62,614 nt of DNA, filler included, from an uncultured Myxococcia bacterium (GCA_964617105.1; 21 parts of 21 records of this genome joined end to end with filler, not necessarily neighbours in it), one strand, 5' to 3'. Counted from the first letter of the whole stretch, positions 18,480 to 30,370 are shown. Program-made: numbers and translations. The notes: generated by a model not told the origin, from the sequence alone.

Positions 18480-19786
18480 TTTTCCAACTGTTTGCTATAC
18501 TCCTATATTTTCTAGCCCCCCTGGCGCCCCATTCTGCCCTGGCTGCACCTAAGTGGAAAGGGCAAATCAAAAGGATCTGCGGAAAAAACAGTGCGGTTAT
18601 TGTGGCCAATCAAAAGGGCAAAATTCTTTTTGCCCACAACACCAATAAAAATTTGATCCCAGCCTCTATCTGGAAAATAGCGGTATCTTTGGCTGCCATA
18701 AAAAAACTGGGGCTTAAGCACTCATTCAAAACCGAATTTTACCTGGATAAACAATTCAACTTGTTGATCAAGGGATACGGTGATCCGCGGTTGATCTCAG
18801 AAGAGTTGGCCATCATTGCCACAGAGTTGAAAAAAAGGTGGGATAGCAATAAGTCCGCTCAAAAAAATAGAGGATTTAGATGCCATAATATTATCCTGGA
18901 TACCTCCCTTTTTTCAACCCAACTGGAGATACCCGGAGTCAGTAAAACAGATAATCCCTACGACGCCTTAAACGGCGCTTTGGTGACCAACTTCAACACC
19001 GTCTATTTAAAGCGATCCAAAGGCAGAGAAATTATCAGTGCCGAAGAACAGACTCCTATTACTCCGCTGGCAATAAAATTAGGTCGGGCAAACAGCAAAT
19101 TTGGTAAATTCAGAATTAACCTTTCCGATTCCCGTGAAAAAGGGCTGCAATACGCCGGACAACTGTTCCGGGCCTTTTTGGAGCAAAAGGGAATTATATG
19201 TAAGGGAAAAATTAAAGAAGGATTAAAAGAGAAAAATTTTCGTCTGATTTACGCCCATAAATCTTCTTACAATTTGGCGGATAATATCAGCGCCCTGATG
19301 GAATTTTCCAACAACTTTATTGCCAACCAACTGTTGTTGAGCCTGACCACCAAAACTCCGGCTCACCTTACCACCGCGGTAAAAGAGTTGAAATCTATAT
19401 TAGAACAAGAAGTTGGTGTATCTCGATTCAAGGCGGTTGAGGGCTCCGGCATATCTCGGCATAACCGGATCAGTGCCCGGGAGATGCTCAAACTGGTACA
19501 GAGTTTTCGCCCCTACCGCCATCTGTTAAAAAATTGCCCAGGTAAAAATAGTTTGCTTAAACGGTGTAATTATAAAAATAGTCTCTACAAAACCGGAACC
19601 CTCTCCAATGTCAGGTCAATTGCCGGCTTTCTCTGGCCCAAAAAATCGGACATCGCCTTTGTGATTATAATGAACCGGCACCGCGGTAATGGAAGGGAAA
19701 AAATCTATGGCCTGTTAAAGAAAGCCTTTCGGCCTAACACGGACAAGATAGTTCCAGTCCGAAAACCCCCTTCTGCTACGAAGTGA
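18480..19786 (+). CDS. dacB: D-alanyl-D-alanine carboxypeptidase/endopeptidase (peptidase S13), 5' partial
   Basis: PASIWK (SxxK), GYGDP, SNN, EGSGISR and KTGTL; the frame is open to the contig start through a signal peptide. Confidence 0.92.
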
Positions 19787-19801
19787 ATTCTCGGACTGGA
19801 A
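19752..19801. terminator. Stem-loop between convergent genes
   Basis: TTCCAGTCCGA...TCGGACTGGAA inverted repeat. Confidence 0.5.
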
Positions 19802-19819
19802 GTTAGAGGTTTACCTTTT

Positions 19820-21386
19820 TTAATCAACCGGACAGAAAGCCACCCGATAATTTATCCGGTGGCAGTCATTGCCGTAAATATAGAACCGATTGCGCTGAAT
19901 ATAGGTCTGCTCCTTCACTTTGCCATCAGATTGCACCTCTGGAATCACTACTTCCAGATCGTAAAAACCTGATATCTTAGTCAATAACTCAGACTGGTTC
20001 TGGTTTATACGGCGGCCAGATACACGGAAGCCTGAATTATTGTACCATTGAATGCGCATATATCTTCCATTAGAAGATATATATTTGGGATTTTCATCTT
20101 TGAACACCACCTGGTCATCTTTTTTCAGGTAAACTTTGGTCCCTTTTGTAAAGCCACGTCCATAAATATTAAAGTAATAGGGAATATAGGAACCCTGGTT
20201 GATAAAAAAAGATTCCGGGGCTATACCGGTGAGGAAACTCTTGGCATAGTGCCGCTGTCCTCTGTACATCAAGTAGTCCCTGAACCAGGCATTATAACTG
20301 TTCATAAACAGATCCATCACGCCATCGCCATTGAAATCTTGGACATGAATATTGGAGGTGTTGTCCCAATCCCAGGGCAAAATACCTGGTCTAAACCTAA
20401 AGCCGGAGGCACTCATATTGCGGAAAAAATAGTTGTAATCAAAAAAACTGGCGGTAATAAGATCTTTATTACCATCTTTATCTACATCCACCATAACAGA
20501 GGCAACAAATTCCGCTTTATCCGAAGGGATTTTCACTTTTTTAAGTACCTCATCAGGGACATGTAAATCGTTCAGCGGCATGTGAGTAAAAGTTGTATTC
20601 CCATTAGTTATATTAGTAACCAAGAGGCCCACGGCAGGATCCGTATTTCCACTTATCAATGAAGTTCTTGAGCTGTCCCTCTTTTTACAGGTATAGAGGA
20701 TATCATTGTACCCATCATTATTATGATCCACAATCTGCAGGCTCAAATATTCTCCCGGAATAGGATGCATATCTTCCACCGTGGCCAGTTCAAATTTGTT
20801 CCCTTTATTGAGCCACACTTTAATGATACCTTTATCTTGGCCAAAAACTACATCGGGCTTGTTATCTTTGTTTAGATCGCCAACTTTGACCACTCTGGTC
20901 TCCCCTTTATTTTGGGCTGGTTCAAACCAGATATCAGTGACATCTTTTACAAACTTGCCCCCTTCATTTTTATAGACCCGATTTTTTGCTCCTCCCTGCC
21001 CCTGATGACCATTGGCCAGGATCAATAGATCGGGTTTATTGTCATTATTCAGATCCATAAACTCCATATCCAGAGTGGTATCTTTCTTTTGAGCCAAGTT
21101 GGTTGTAGTTGCGTCAGTAAAATTCTCCTCCAAACGTTTCTTTGGATCATATTTACCTTTAGCTAAATAGATCCGGTTCTGGGCTCCCTCTTTGTTCAAT
21201 TTTTTGGTGTTTCCAAAAATGATATCCACATTTCCATCGCCATTCACATCAGCGCAAACAGCCGAAGTGCTGGCATCTCTCTGTTTGGTAAAGAACAGTT
21301 TGGTATCCAGATAGCCGCCGCCGCCATTACTTATTTGCATACTGTTAAACCAGCCTACGTTGAGATTGGCCAGATGGGGCACTACG
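19820..21386 (-). CDS. FG-GAP/VCBS repeat beta-propeller protein, 5' partial
   Basis: DVNGDGNVDI, DLNNDNKPDL, DLNKDNKPDV, DHNNDGYNDI, DVDKDGNKDL and DFNGDGVMDL. Confidence 0.9.
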
Positions 21387-21486
21387 NNNNNNNNNNNNNN
21401 NNNNNNNNNNNNNNNNNNNNNNNNNNNNNNTTAATTAATTAANNNNNNNNNNNNNNNNNNNNNNNNNNNNNNNNNNNNNNNNNNNN

Positions 21487-22389
21487 CATCATTTGCAGGG
21501 TTAAAATGGCGGCTAAAGGGTTGGCAATATTTTTGCCGTGGTATTTGGGAGCCGATCCATGCACTGGTTCAAACAGGGAGGTTTTGCCTGGATGGATATT
21601 TCCAGAGGCTGCCAGTCCCAGACCGCCTTGTAGTTGAGCTCCCAGGTCGGTGATGATGTCTCCAAACATATTGCAGGTGACAATAACATCGAATTGAGCC
21701 GGATTTTTGACCATCTGCATACAGAGAGCATCCACAAAAAGGTGCCAGGACTCTATGTCCGGATATTTTTCCGCTACCTCATAGAATACCCGCTGCCAAA
21801 GATCGTGGCCAAAACGGAGAGCATTTGATTTGTCACTCATTACCACGCTTTTTTTATTGTTGGTTTTGGCAAATTCAAAGGCGTGGGTAATAATCCGTTC
21901 CACCCCTTTTCTGGTGTTGATATCTTCCTGGATAGCCACCTCATCAGGTGTCCCCTTCTTGAAAATACCTCCCATGCCTACATATAAGCCCTCAGTATTT
22001 TCCCGGAAACAGACAAAGTCGATATCATCCATTGTCCGGTCTCTGAGCGGTGTCAACTCAGGGTGCATCAGTTTCACCGGCCGGTGATTGACATACAAAT
22101 CGAGCATAAAGCGCAACCCCAACAGGATATCACGGCCATGCTTCATGTCCGGAACCCGGGGATCGCCCAGGGCGCCAAGAAAAATCGCATCAAATTCATC
22201 GCGAAACTCTTCCAAAGCTCCATCCGGAAGGGTAATGCCGGTATTTATATATTTTTCGGCACCATAGTCAAATTCAACTGTTTCAATGTCAAGGTTTCTA
22301 ATTTCCTTGAGACAATCTAGAATTTTCATGGTTTCAATGGTTACATCGATACCGATACCATCTCCGGGTATTACTGCGATTCTTTTCAT
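21487..22389 (-). CDS. leuB: 3-isopropylmalate dehydrogenase family enzyme, 3' partial
   Basis: IAVIPGDGIG, RENTEGLY, NMFGDIITD and FEPVHGSAP; tartrate/D-malate dehydrogenase not excluded. Confidence 0.8.
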
Positions 22390-22461
22390 TATTTTTTTCC
22401 TTGTTCAAAGTATGGTTGTAGTTTTTTTCAACTTCCTAATTTCCGGACAGTCACTAAATAA

Positions 22462-23550
22462 TTATCCTTTGGGTAAAATTTCGTTCAGTAGCTCTTCGGT
22501 CCAGGGAGTGGCAGTAGCCAGACGCTGACGATATTTGACAAAATCGATTTCGCGGTTGTTTCTGGGACCTTCGTTAAAGGCTCTAAAGCCGGCTTTGGCT
22601 TCGGTCATCATGTTCAGGCCCAGCCATTGCCGGTTGGACTCTGAATTTTTGTACCAGTGCTCCATCTTTTTCTTGCGGATAGAACCAATGGTTTTGATGG
22701 TGCAATTGGGGAAAGTGTACAACAATTTGGTGGCTGTCCGGTCAACCGCCTGGTCCAAAAGCGACTGGTCAACTTCACATTTTGCCATGATCTCTTTGCC
22801 TTTTGCCTTCTCTTCACCGGTTTTGAAATCACCGTAAACCAGCCGGCCAAACTCGTCGGTCCAGCGGTCAGTGACTACCATGGGATTGGGGATGAATTTA
22901 CCATCTAATTTGAGGGTGGGCACCACTTCGGAGATTATTCCCAGCCGGTAGGCGGTATGGGCGCTCCAGGGCTCGCACAGAGTGCAACCCACGATGGCGT
23001 TTTCTACTCCAACATAGAGATCGAGAAAATCGGTGCTGCCGCCGTCCGGGGCAGAACCATGCTTGGGTCCGGCCTGGCCAAAGCGGGCAGTATCAGCAGC
23101 CACGGAAATATCACAGGCCATGCCTATTTCCTGGCCACCGCCGATACGCATCCCATTTACCCGGCAGATTACCGGCTTGTCAGCGATCAGGATATTGGTG
23201 ACCATATCGTTAAACAGGCGCATATACTGCATATATTCCTGGGGATTACCAGCATAGTATTCAGCATATTCTTTGGTGTTGCCACCGGTGCAGAATGATT
23301 TGTCGCCCACAGCGGTAAAAACGATAGCATTGACGCTTCTATCGTTGGAGGCTTTCCTAAAAGCCAAAATAACACTTTTTACCATCTCGGTGGTGTAAGA
23401 GTTATACTGTTTGGGATTATTCAGCCAAATCCAGGCGTTGTGCAGACCCTCGGCAGGATTGCCCTTAACGTCCAAAGCCGACCTTAGTTCATATTTTACC
23501 CCTTCAAATTCATCTTTTTCAACAATATCGTGGTTGATAATTTCGTTCAT
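22462..23550 (-). CDS. oah: 6-oxocyclohex-1-ene-1-carbonyl-CoA hydrolase (BamA/Oah)
   Basis: LNNPKQYNSYTT, FCTGGNTKEYAEYYAGNPQEY, RIGGGQEIGMACD and GPKHGSAPDGGSTDFL. Confidence 0.95.
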   Translation of the reverse strand: MNEIINHDIVEKDEFEGVKYELRSALDVKGNPAEGLHNAWIWLNNPKQYNSYTTEMVKSVILAFRKASNDRSVNAIVFTAVGDKSFCTGGNTKEYAEYYAGNPQEYMQYMRLFNDMVTNILIADKPVICRVNGMRIGGGQEIGMACDISVAADTARFGQAGPKHGSAPDGGSTDFLDLYVGVENAIVGCTLCEPWSAHTAYRLGIISEVVPTLKLDGKFIPNPMVVTDRWTDEFGRLVYGDFKTGEEKAKGKEIMAKCEVDQSLLDQAVDRTATKLLYTFPNCTIKTIGSIRKKKMEHWYKNSESNRQWLGLNMMTEAKAGFRAFNEGPRNNREIDFVKYRQRLATATPWTEELLNEILPKG

Positions 23551-23639
23551 TTTTTTACTCCTTTTTTTATTTAAATAAATGCCATTTTATTAAGTCGTGC
23601 CTGTTTCCGGGCAAAGCCGCCGCTGGAAAACGATTTTGA

Positions 23640-24389
23640 TTACCAATCGGGCACCATAACCGCCCGCCGTTCCAATTCACCCTTATGGGCTTTGGCAAAA
23701 ACATCGTTTATTTGGCTCATGGGGAATTCTTCGATGCAATCTCTGACATTGATTTTGCCTTCGGTAATCATTTGCAGCACATCCTGGTAATATTCCGGCA
23801 GGCAGCCCCAGTTGCCAAAAGCGGTGGCGTCAAAGGCCATAAGGTTACTCAGGCGGATATTGAGTTTTTCCATGGTAAAGCCAATAAAGGCCACCGTGCC
23901 TCCAAAATTCAACAGGGCAAAGGCGGTTTCCTGGCCAGCCCTGGAGCCAGAGGTTTCAAAAATTTTCCACATTACCGCTGGGGCGCCCAACTCTTTGGCC
24001 ATACCCTTAACCGTTTTTTTAATCTCCTTGATATTCAGATCTTTGACGTTTAATACCTGGTCGGCTCCCAAGGATCTCATTTTTTCCAGTTTGGAGTCAT
24101 CGATATCCAGGGCCACCACTTTAGCGCCCATGGCTTTGGCTATTTGAACACCATAGCCGCCTATGCCGCCCACGCCGTTAAAAATAGCCAATTCTCCCTG
24201 CTTGAGGCCGGAGCGTTTAATCGACTGAAAGGGCGTGGTAACTGCATCGGCCACAATTGATAACTCTCTCAGTTTGTATTTGTCCAGCAGATCTTCTGAT
24301 ACCGGCTGTAAAAATTTGCCAGGCACCACCACATGATCGGCAAAACCGCCGTGTAAATCGTTGCCAGGCATTATTTGGCTAAGGCACAT
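23640..24389 (-). CDS. had: 6-hydroxycyclohex-1-ene-1-carbonyl-CoA dehydrogenase, 5' partial
   Basis: MPGNDLHGGFA, VADAVTTP, WKIFETSG and RLSNLMAFDATAFGNWGC; adjacent to oah. Confidence 0.93.
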   Translation of the reverse strand: MCLSQIMPGNDLHGGFADHVVVPGKFLQPVSEDLLDKYKLRELSIVADAVTTPFQSIKRSGLKQGELAIFNGVGGIGGYGVQIAKAMGAKVVALDIDDSKLEKMRSLGADQVLNVKDLNIKEIKKTVKGMAKELGAPAVMWKIFETSGSRAGQETAFALLNFGGTVAFIGFTMEKLNIRLSNLMAFDATAFGNWGCLPEYYQDVLQMITEGKINVRDCIEEFPMSQINDVFAKAHKGELERRAVMVPDW

Positions 24390-24489
24390 NNNNNNNNNNN
24401 NNNNNNNNNNNNNNNNNNNNNNNNNNNNNNNNNTTAATTAATTAANNNNNNNNNNNNNNNNNNNNNNNNNNNNNNNNNNNNNNNNNNNN

Positions 24490-26411
24490 AGAATAATACT
24501 CTGGAAGTCCTAGGCTCCGGGTACATGCAGATTATTTTCCCTCTGGCTCCGGCAGAAATAAATCAAAAAAACTTTCAATTGGGCCAACACTATTATCGCC
24601 AACTATTGGGCCGAGAACCTGAAACCCTGTATGTGAATGAGCAGACCTATTCTGCCTCTATCCTCTCCATAGCCAGTGAAACTGGATTCAAACAAATTAT
24701 CATGGAGTGGAACAACTCTTCCCGACATGGCCGCCTGCCGTTACACCTCCAGTATCAACCAGTAATTATTCAAGATCAGTGGCAAGAGAAGGGGACAGTT
24801 CTTTGGAACAACAGTATTGCTTTTCAAAAATTTCAAAGATTTTGTTTTGGCGATCTTTCAGAAGTGGAATACCGGGAATATATAGAACAGATTATGAGTT
24901 TGGGCCATGATGTAGATTTTCCCTGTTTTTGTCTGTATGGAAGCGACTTGGAGATTTTTGACTACCAGCCCGGTTCTCCCAAACTTTTTTATTCATTTGA
25001 CAAAAAAACACCAATGTTAGACCGGATGGAAAAAGTCTTTAAGATCATATCTTCAAACCAGCAAATTATTCTTGAAACTCCGGCTGAGATAGCCAAAAAA
25101 TGGCGGAAATCAATTGGTACAACCGGCAGAGAGAACTCGGATAAGCAAAAGGTTAAAACCAATATGCCCGTTATCCATTTAGAATCAACCGAAACCCCTA
25201 TCCCCTGTAAAAAACAGGAAAAATACAATCTACTCCGCTGGGCAGTGACCGGCAGGGGAGATGTTAACATCAATACAATCTGTCACTGTTTATTTGACCG
25301 GATATTAGATCTTAAAGAGTGTCAAGGAGCCGACCTTTATCAAGATAAACTTGATTTTTGTTGGGAAAAACTGCTTTTTCTTTGGGGTAGTGATTTCAGG
25401 ACCCATACCACCGACCAAAAGTGGAATCAATGGCATAATATAAAAGGTCAACTTGAGGAGAGACTGAATCGGTTGGAAACCAGCCTGGCAGGCTGCCGGC
25501 TAAAGAATAAAATAAAACAGCCCATAGGGGCAGCCCGGTATTCTCCTTTTTTCCTCAAAGGTAAAAAGGGATATTGTTCAAAAATTACCCGGGGAAAAAT
25601 CGAACCCAAAGGAGATCAATACCTTAATATAGTTACCCCCAAAATCGATGCAACTTTAAATCTGTTAAAAGGATGCGCTTTTGAACAGGTTATATTTCCC
25701 GATATCTATTCTGAACCTCTGTTTGGCACAGCCAAACACGGACGATATGAGGAGATCGGATTGGGCGCTGATTTTTTCAGTGGTCATTTGGTGTTTCAGG
25801 AGAGGGGAGGGCGTAAATTTACCGACCTGGATAAAGTCAAACCCCAGGTGGTTGGTGAGATGGAAGATGAAGATGGTGCTTTTTTAGTTTTAAATTTCCC
25901 CATCGCTTTTTCCAAGGGGCTACTCTATAAAAGCCTACTTTTTGGAATTGAGCAGCCTCTGATTAAAATCCATTACCACTTCAAATGGGATGGCTTATCT
26001 GTTGGCGCTTATAGGATCGGGATTGTCACCCTTAATTCAGAGGCATTTGTTCGAGATCAATTGCGAATATTGGTAAAAAACGGCGGTAACAGAACTGAAA
26101 CCTTTAATTTAACTGGATATGAAATTGATCATACCAAAGCGGTTAACTTTGATATTTCTGCCAATCAATGCCTGGGTGCCTCTGATGGAGTGTTAATTTT
26201 AAAAGATAATAATAAAGGAATCAAAATCTCTGTCCCCAAAAAAATCTGTTACTCTGTACCTCTTTTGACCTTTCGAGAATTCTTCAATCATGAAAAAGTA
26301 ACTGATTATTTCTGTCGAATCTCCCACTCTATTGGAGAGATGGATGATACCGCTGCCTATTTATTTAAAGGAGAATCTTCTTTTCATTTTAAGATACAAG
26401 GAATTAACTGA
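24490..26411 (+). CDS. Glycoside hydrolase family 57/deacetylase-like protein of a polysaccharide locus, 5' partial
   Basis: GSGYMQIIFPLAP..IN..N, YVNEQTYS, IMEWNN, YGSDLEIFD and LWGSDFRTH. Confidence 0.65.
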
Positions 26412-27280
26412 TGTTAAAACCGCCTTTTTTCATTTGTGAAGTTTCCAGCAATCACAACAAAAATTTGGATCGTTGCCACAATTTTATCGATATCAGTAAA
26501 GATATCGGTTGCCAGGCGGTAAAATTCCAACTTTTTAAAATAGACAAACTGTTTGCTCCGGAAATTTTATCATCATCAGAAACACATTGCCAGAGGCGGG
26601 AATGGGAACTGCCCAGCCAATTTATTCCAGAGATCGGACAACACTGTAAAGAAAAGGAGATTGATTTTTGTTGCACACCCTTTTACCTTGAGGCAATAGA
26701 AGAGTTGGAGCCACATATAAATATTTTTAAAATCGCCTCCTATGAAATTTTATGGCACGATCTAATCAAAGAGTGTGCCGCCACTTTAAAACCTTTGATT
26801 ATCTCCAGCGGTATGGCAAATATGGATGAATTGGATCAGGCGGTGGAAGTAGCCCTTAAGGCTGGATGTAAGGACTTAACCATTTTTCATTGTGTTTCCG
26901 GTTATCCTGCTCCGGTTAACGAATGTAACTTGTCAGTATTGGCAACCTTACAAAAACGGTTTAAATCCAGAAATATTAAAGTGGGTTGGTCAGACCACTC
27001 CGGAGAATCCGGTGTGCTCTTAAGATCGCTATTTAAATGGGATGCGGATGGAGTGGAGTTCCATCTGGATCTCGATACCCGCGGCAGAGAGTATAATCTG
27101 GGGCACTGTTGGCTCCCATCTCAAATTAAACCGGTTATAGATATGGTTAATATTGGTATGGAATCGGATGGTGTGCCTTTAAAAAAGGCAACCTTTATAG
27201 AAGAGAAAGAGCGGAATTGGCGATCCGATCCTACCGATGGTTTACGTCCTATGAAATCTATTCGTAATAATTGGAAATAA
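26411..27280 (+). CDS. N-acetylneuraminate synthase (NeuB/SpsE) family protein
   Basis: FICEVSSNHN, AVKFQLF, CTPF, KIASYE, HCVSGYP, GWSDHS and EFHLDLD. Confidence 0.92.
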   Translation: MLKPPFFICEVSSNHNKNLDRCHNFIDISKDIGCQAVKFQLFKIDKLFAPEILSSSETHCQRREWELPSQFIPEIGQHCKEKEIDFCCTPFYLEAIEELEPHINIFKIASYEILWHDLIKECAATLKPLIISSGMANMDELDQAVEVALKAGCKDLTIFHCVSGYPAPVNECNLSVLATLQKRFKSRNIKVGWSDHSGESGVLLRSLFKWDADGVEFHLDLDTRGREYNLGHCWLPSQIKPVIDMVNIGMESDGVPLKKATFIEEKERNWRSDPTDGLRPMKSIRNNWK

Positions 27281-27482
27281 TCTAAATATTGGGCCCTGAT
27301 TGAAGTAAAAAGAAGTGTAAGGAGAATAGATATTGAGCGCCATTAATGACCAAAAAGAATTAGCCTGCATAGCGGCTCAATTNNNNNNNNNNNNNNNNNN
27401 NNNNNNNNNNNNNNNNNNNNNNNNNNTTAATTAATTAANNNNNNNNNNNNNNNNNNNNNNNNNNNNNNNNNNNNNNNNNNNN

Positions 27483-28143
27483 ATTTGCGGTGATGGACGG
27501 TACTTTTGCCGGCGATGGTCCTGGACCTCGCTGTATGATCCCCCATGTTAAAAATGTCCTTCTGGCTTCTGCCGACCAGGTGGCAATCGATGCGGTGGCC
27601 GCTAAATTGATGGGGTTTGATCCCTTAAAAATAGATTTTATCCGCTTGGCTCACGAGATGGGCCTGGGATGCGGTGATCCCAGCCAAATCCAGATAGTCG
27701 GCGATCAGGATGCAGCGGCTCAAAACTGGAACTTTGTTGGGCCCATGCAGAATTTGACCTTTGCCGCCAAAATGCAGCACCGGATCTATTGGGGAAGTCT
27801 AAAAGAGTTGGTGGAGTGGTCTTTAAAAACCTGGATGGCTCCCTGGTCATATATTGCCAGTGTTCTGTATCACGATTTCTATTGGTACCCAAACCGGGGC
27901 AAAAAACATCTGCGCCATGCCTTAGAGAGCCAATGGGGACAACTATTTGCCAATTGGGAAGAGATGACCGCCAACCAAGAGGGATGGGATTTTTATCCAC
28001 CAGGTAAGACTAAACTAACTGCTGTCATAGAACCTGGTGGTAAATTTGCTAAAAAACTCCTTGGTATTTTGGCCCACACGGTCAAAGAGGCGCCAGAGGT
28101 TTCCAATCTGCTGAGACGCAAAAAACATTTTAGGGATAAATAG
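27483..28143 (+). CDS. DUF362-type protein, C-terminal part
   Basis: MDGTFAGDGPGP...LASADQVAIDAVAAKLMGFDP...AHEMGLG. Confidence 0.8.
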
Positions 28144-28144
28144 A

Positions 28145-28756
28145 TTGAAAAAATTCTATCTTGACAAAGGATTTCTAAAACCACGGATAGCCACCCAGAT
28201 AAAAGATTGTTTAACCCGTGGAGGAGTAATCTGCTATCCCACCGATTCTGTTTATGGTATAGGCTGCGACATTTTTCAGCGCCGGGCTATAGAAAAAATT
28301 CACTGGATAAAAAAACTTAAAAAGAACAAACTTCTTAGTTTTATCTGCAGTGATATCAAACAGATGAATGAATATGTAATCATATCTAATCAAACATTCA
28401 AATTGATAAAACGACTTTTACCGGGGCCTTATACTTTTATTTTATCAGCCACCACCCTGGTGCCAAAAATAATGCTTACCAAACGAAGAACAGTGGGGGT
28501 TCGGATTCCTGACAACGATATCTGCCTGGAAATAGTAAAATATCTGGGTAATCCTCTTATTACCGCCAGTGCACTCTCAACCGATGAAATATATTCAGAT
28601 CCCGATGAAATTGAAAATGAGATTGGCGCTAATTTAGACATATTGTTAGATGCCGGTGTAATCCCCTACCAGCAATCAACGGTGGTAGACCTTACCGGCA
28701 ATGAACCACAAATTATCAGAGAAGGGATTGGAGACTCCAGTTATTTTTCTCGTTGA
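28145..28756 (+). CDS. Sua5/YciO/YrdC family (threonylcarbamoyl-AMP synthase-like) protein
   Basis: GGVICYPTDSVYGIGC, LPGPYTFIL, VGVRIPD and STVVDL...IIREGIG. Confidence 0.9.
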   Translation: MKKFYLDKGFLKPRIATQIKDCLTRGGVICYPTDSVYGIGCDIFQRRAIEKIHWIKKLKKNKLLSFICSDIKQMNEYVIISNQTFKLIKRLLPGPYTFILSATTLVPKIMLTKRRTVGVRIPDNDICLEIVKYLGNPLITASALSTDEIYSDPDEIENEIGANLDILLDAGVIPYQQSTVVDLTGNEPQIIREGIGDSSYFSR

Positions 28757-28872
28757 TTACCTCTAGTTATTGATGTATTATATAATTTTATAATAATTTG
28801 CTAACAAGGATAATCTCAACTAATATTTGCTGTAAGAAATATATATTTCTTATAATTATGGAGACATAACTA

Positions 28873-29445
28873 ATGGCACAATACGTAAAACCTAAACGTT
28901 TTCGTCGGCAATATTTGATCAATAAAGCCTTCCAACTTAAATATTCTCTATACTTAGTTATTTCCGGAGTAGTAGGTTCTCTGCTGGTCGCTTTGATAAT
29001 GTACTGGTGGTGGAAGCGGAATAACGAATATATGGAGATGATGGGGATGTTGGACCCGGAATTCAGTCAAGCCAATATTATTGTCATAGTAACCCTGGCT
29101 ACTTTTGTAATATCTACCGGTATTTTCTTGTTTTTCTGGGGAATTCTTCTCACCCATCGTATGGCTGGTCCAATATATGTAATTAAAAACGTTATCAATA
29201 CTATACTAGAGGGAAAATGGCCTTCTCAACGCCATTTAAGAAAAAAAGATGAATTTAAAGATATTTTTCAAGACCTGAACAGCCTGGTAGTCAAGTTGCG
29301 AGAAGAGGAGAGAGAGGTTATTAGCACCATCGATTTTATTAAAGGCCAGGTTATTCCGGTTCTGGAAGATAATAATCATCAAAAAGAGATAGAGTCTCTC
29401 AAAAATTCCATTGATAAAATAGAACAATTCTTTCGGGAGATTTAG
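28873..29445 (+). CDS. Two-TM membrane protein with a HAMP-like region
   Basis: RRQYLINKAFQLKY, two TM helices and THRMAGP...LRKKDEF. Confidence 0.75.
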   Translation: MAQYVKPKRFRRQYLINKAFQLKYSLYLVISGVVGSLLVALIMYWWWKRNNEYMEMMGMLDPEFSQANIIVIVTLATFVISTGIFLFFWGILLTHRMAGPIYVIKNVINTILEGKWPSQRHLRKKDEFKDIFQDLNSLVVKLREEEREVISTIDFIKGQVIPVLEDNNHQKEIESLKNSIDKIEQFFREI

Positions 29446-29458
29446 AAATTAGGGCGCA

Positions 29459-30370
29459 TCAGTGATGATTGGCTAATATTCTTTTCTTTATTCGGGCCAT
29501 CAGTTGCTTACTTTTGATCGGTTTATTGACAAAATCATCGCCACCATATTCTAGAGCATTCACTTCTAATTCTGAGTCGTCCAGGGCAGTCAGCATAATA
29601 ATGGGAATATTCTTGGTAAGGGGATTGCCCTTGATCCGTTGAATAAATTCAAGTCCTGTCATTTTTGGCATCATCTGGTCTACGATTATTAAATTGGGCA
29701 TTTCTTGATATGTCATCTCCATCCCATGGTAACCATCCTGGGCAACCACCACTTCGTAAAAATTGTGCTCCAGTATTTTCTGTAGCAGATCCCGGGTATT
29801 TTGGTCATCTTCAATAACCAATATTTTCTCTTTTTTAGGTATAAACGAACCTGTTTGTTGAGGGGGCAATGCCTGTTGCCCGGCTATATTGCCAGGTTGA
29901 GGTTGGGATTGAGGTTGATGTTGGGGTTGAGGTTGGGATTGAGGGTTGGTGGAACCATTATCTAATGAGGTTGATGGTTCATCCTGGGCTCTTTTCTCAT
30001 TGGATGAAATTTCTTGGGATGGTTGCTGGTCCCCGGTTTCTTTTTTTCCGTCCTCTGTAAGTTCCCGTAATTCATCTGATTTCTTTTCTTCTGAATCAGC
30101 CTTTTGATTTGTTTCAACAGCGACCGCTTTTCTGGGTTTTTCTGCCTTCCCGTATTTCCCAGAAGCATAGAGCAATTTTTCGTGGGTATCTATTCTGGGA
30201 ATAGCGACCATTATCTCATCCAGGGTGGTTTGCCCCTTGGTCACTTTATCCAATCCATCTTCCAGCATAAAAACAAAATTGTTCCGGTGAGCAATGTAGG
30301 TTATTTCATCAAGAGACGCATTTCCGATTATCATTTTCCTGATGGTGTCATTGACCTCCAACACCTCAAA
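29459..30370 (-). CDS. GspE/PilB-family ATPase C-terminus fused to a receiver domain, 5' partial
   Basis: EVLEVNDTIRKMI...EDGLDKVTKGQTTLDEI, a Q/P-rich linker, then ILVIEDD...IVDQMMP...IIMLTA...DFVNKP. Confidence 0.85.
   Translation of the reverse strand, partial: FEVLEVNDTIRKMIIGNASLDEITYIAHRNNFVFMLEDGLDKVTKGQTTLDEIMVAIPRIDTHEKLLYASGKYGKAEKPRKAVAVETNQKADSEEKKSDELRELTEDGKKETGDQQPSQEISSNEKRAQDEPSTSLDNGSTNPQSQPQPQHQPQSQPQPGNIAGQQALPPQQTGSFIPKKEKILVIEDDQNTRDLLQKILEHNFYEVVVAQDGYHGMEMTYQEMPNLIIVDQMMPKMTGLEFIQRIKGNPLTKNIPIIMLTALDDSELEVNALEYGGDDFVNKPIKSKQLMARIKKRILANHH

Noticed and set aside
29890-29950. Short TTGAGGTTGGGA-type repeats
   Set aside because: They encode the QPQSQPQ low-complexity linker of the ATPase-REC protein.
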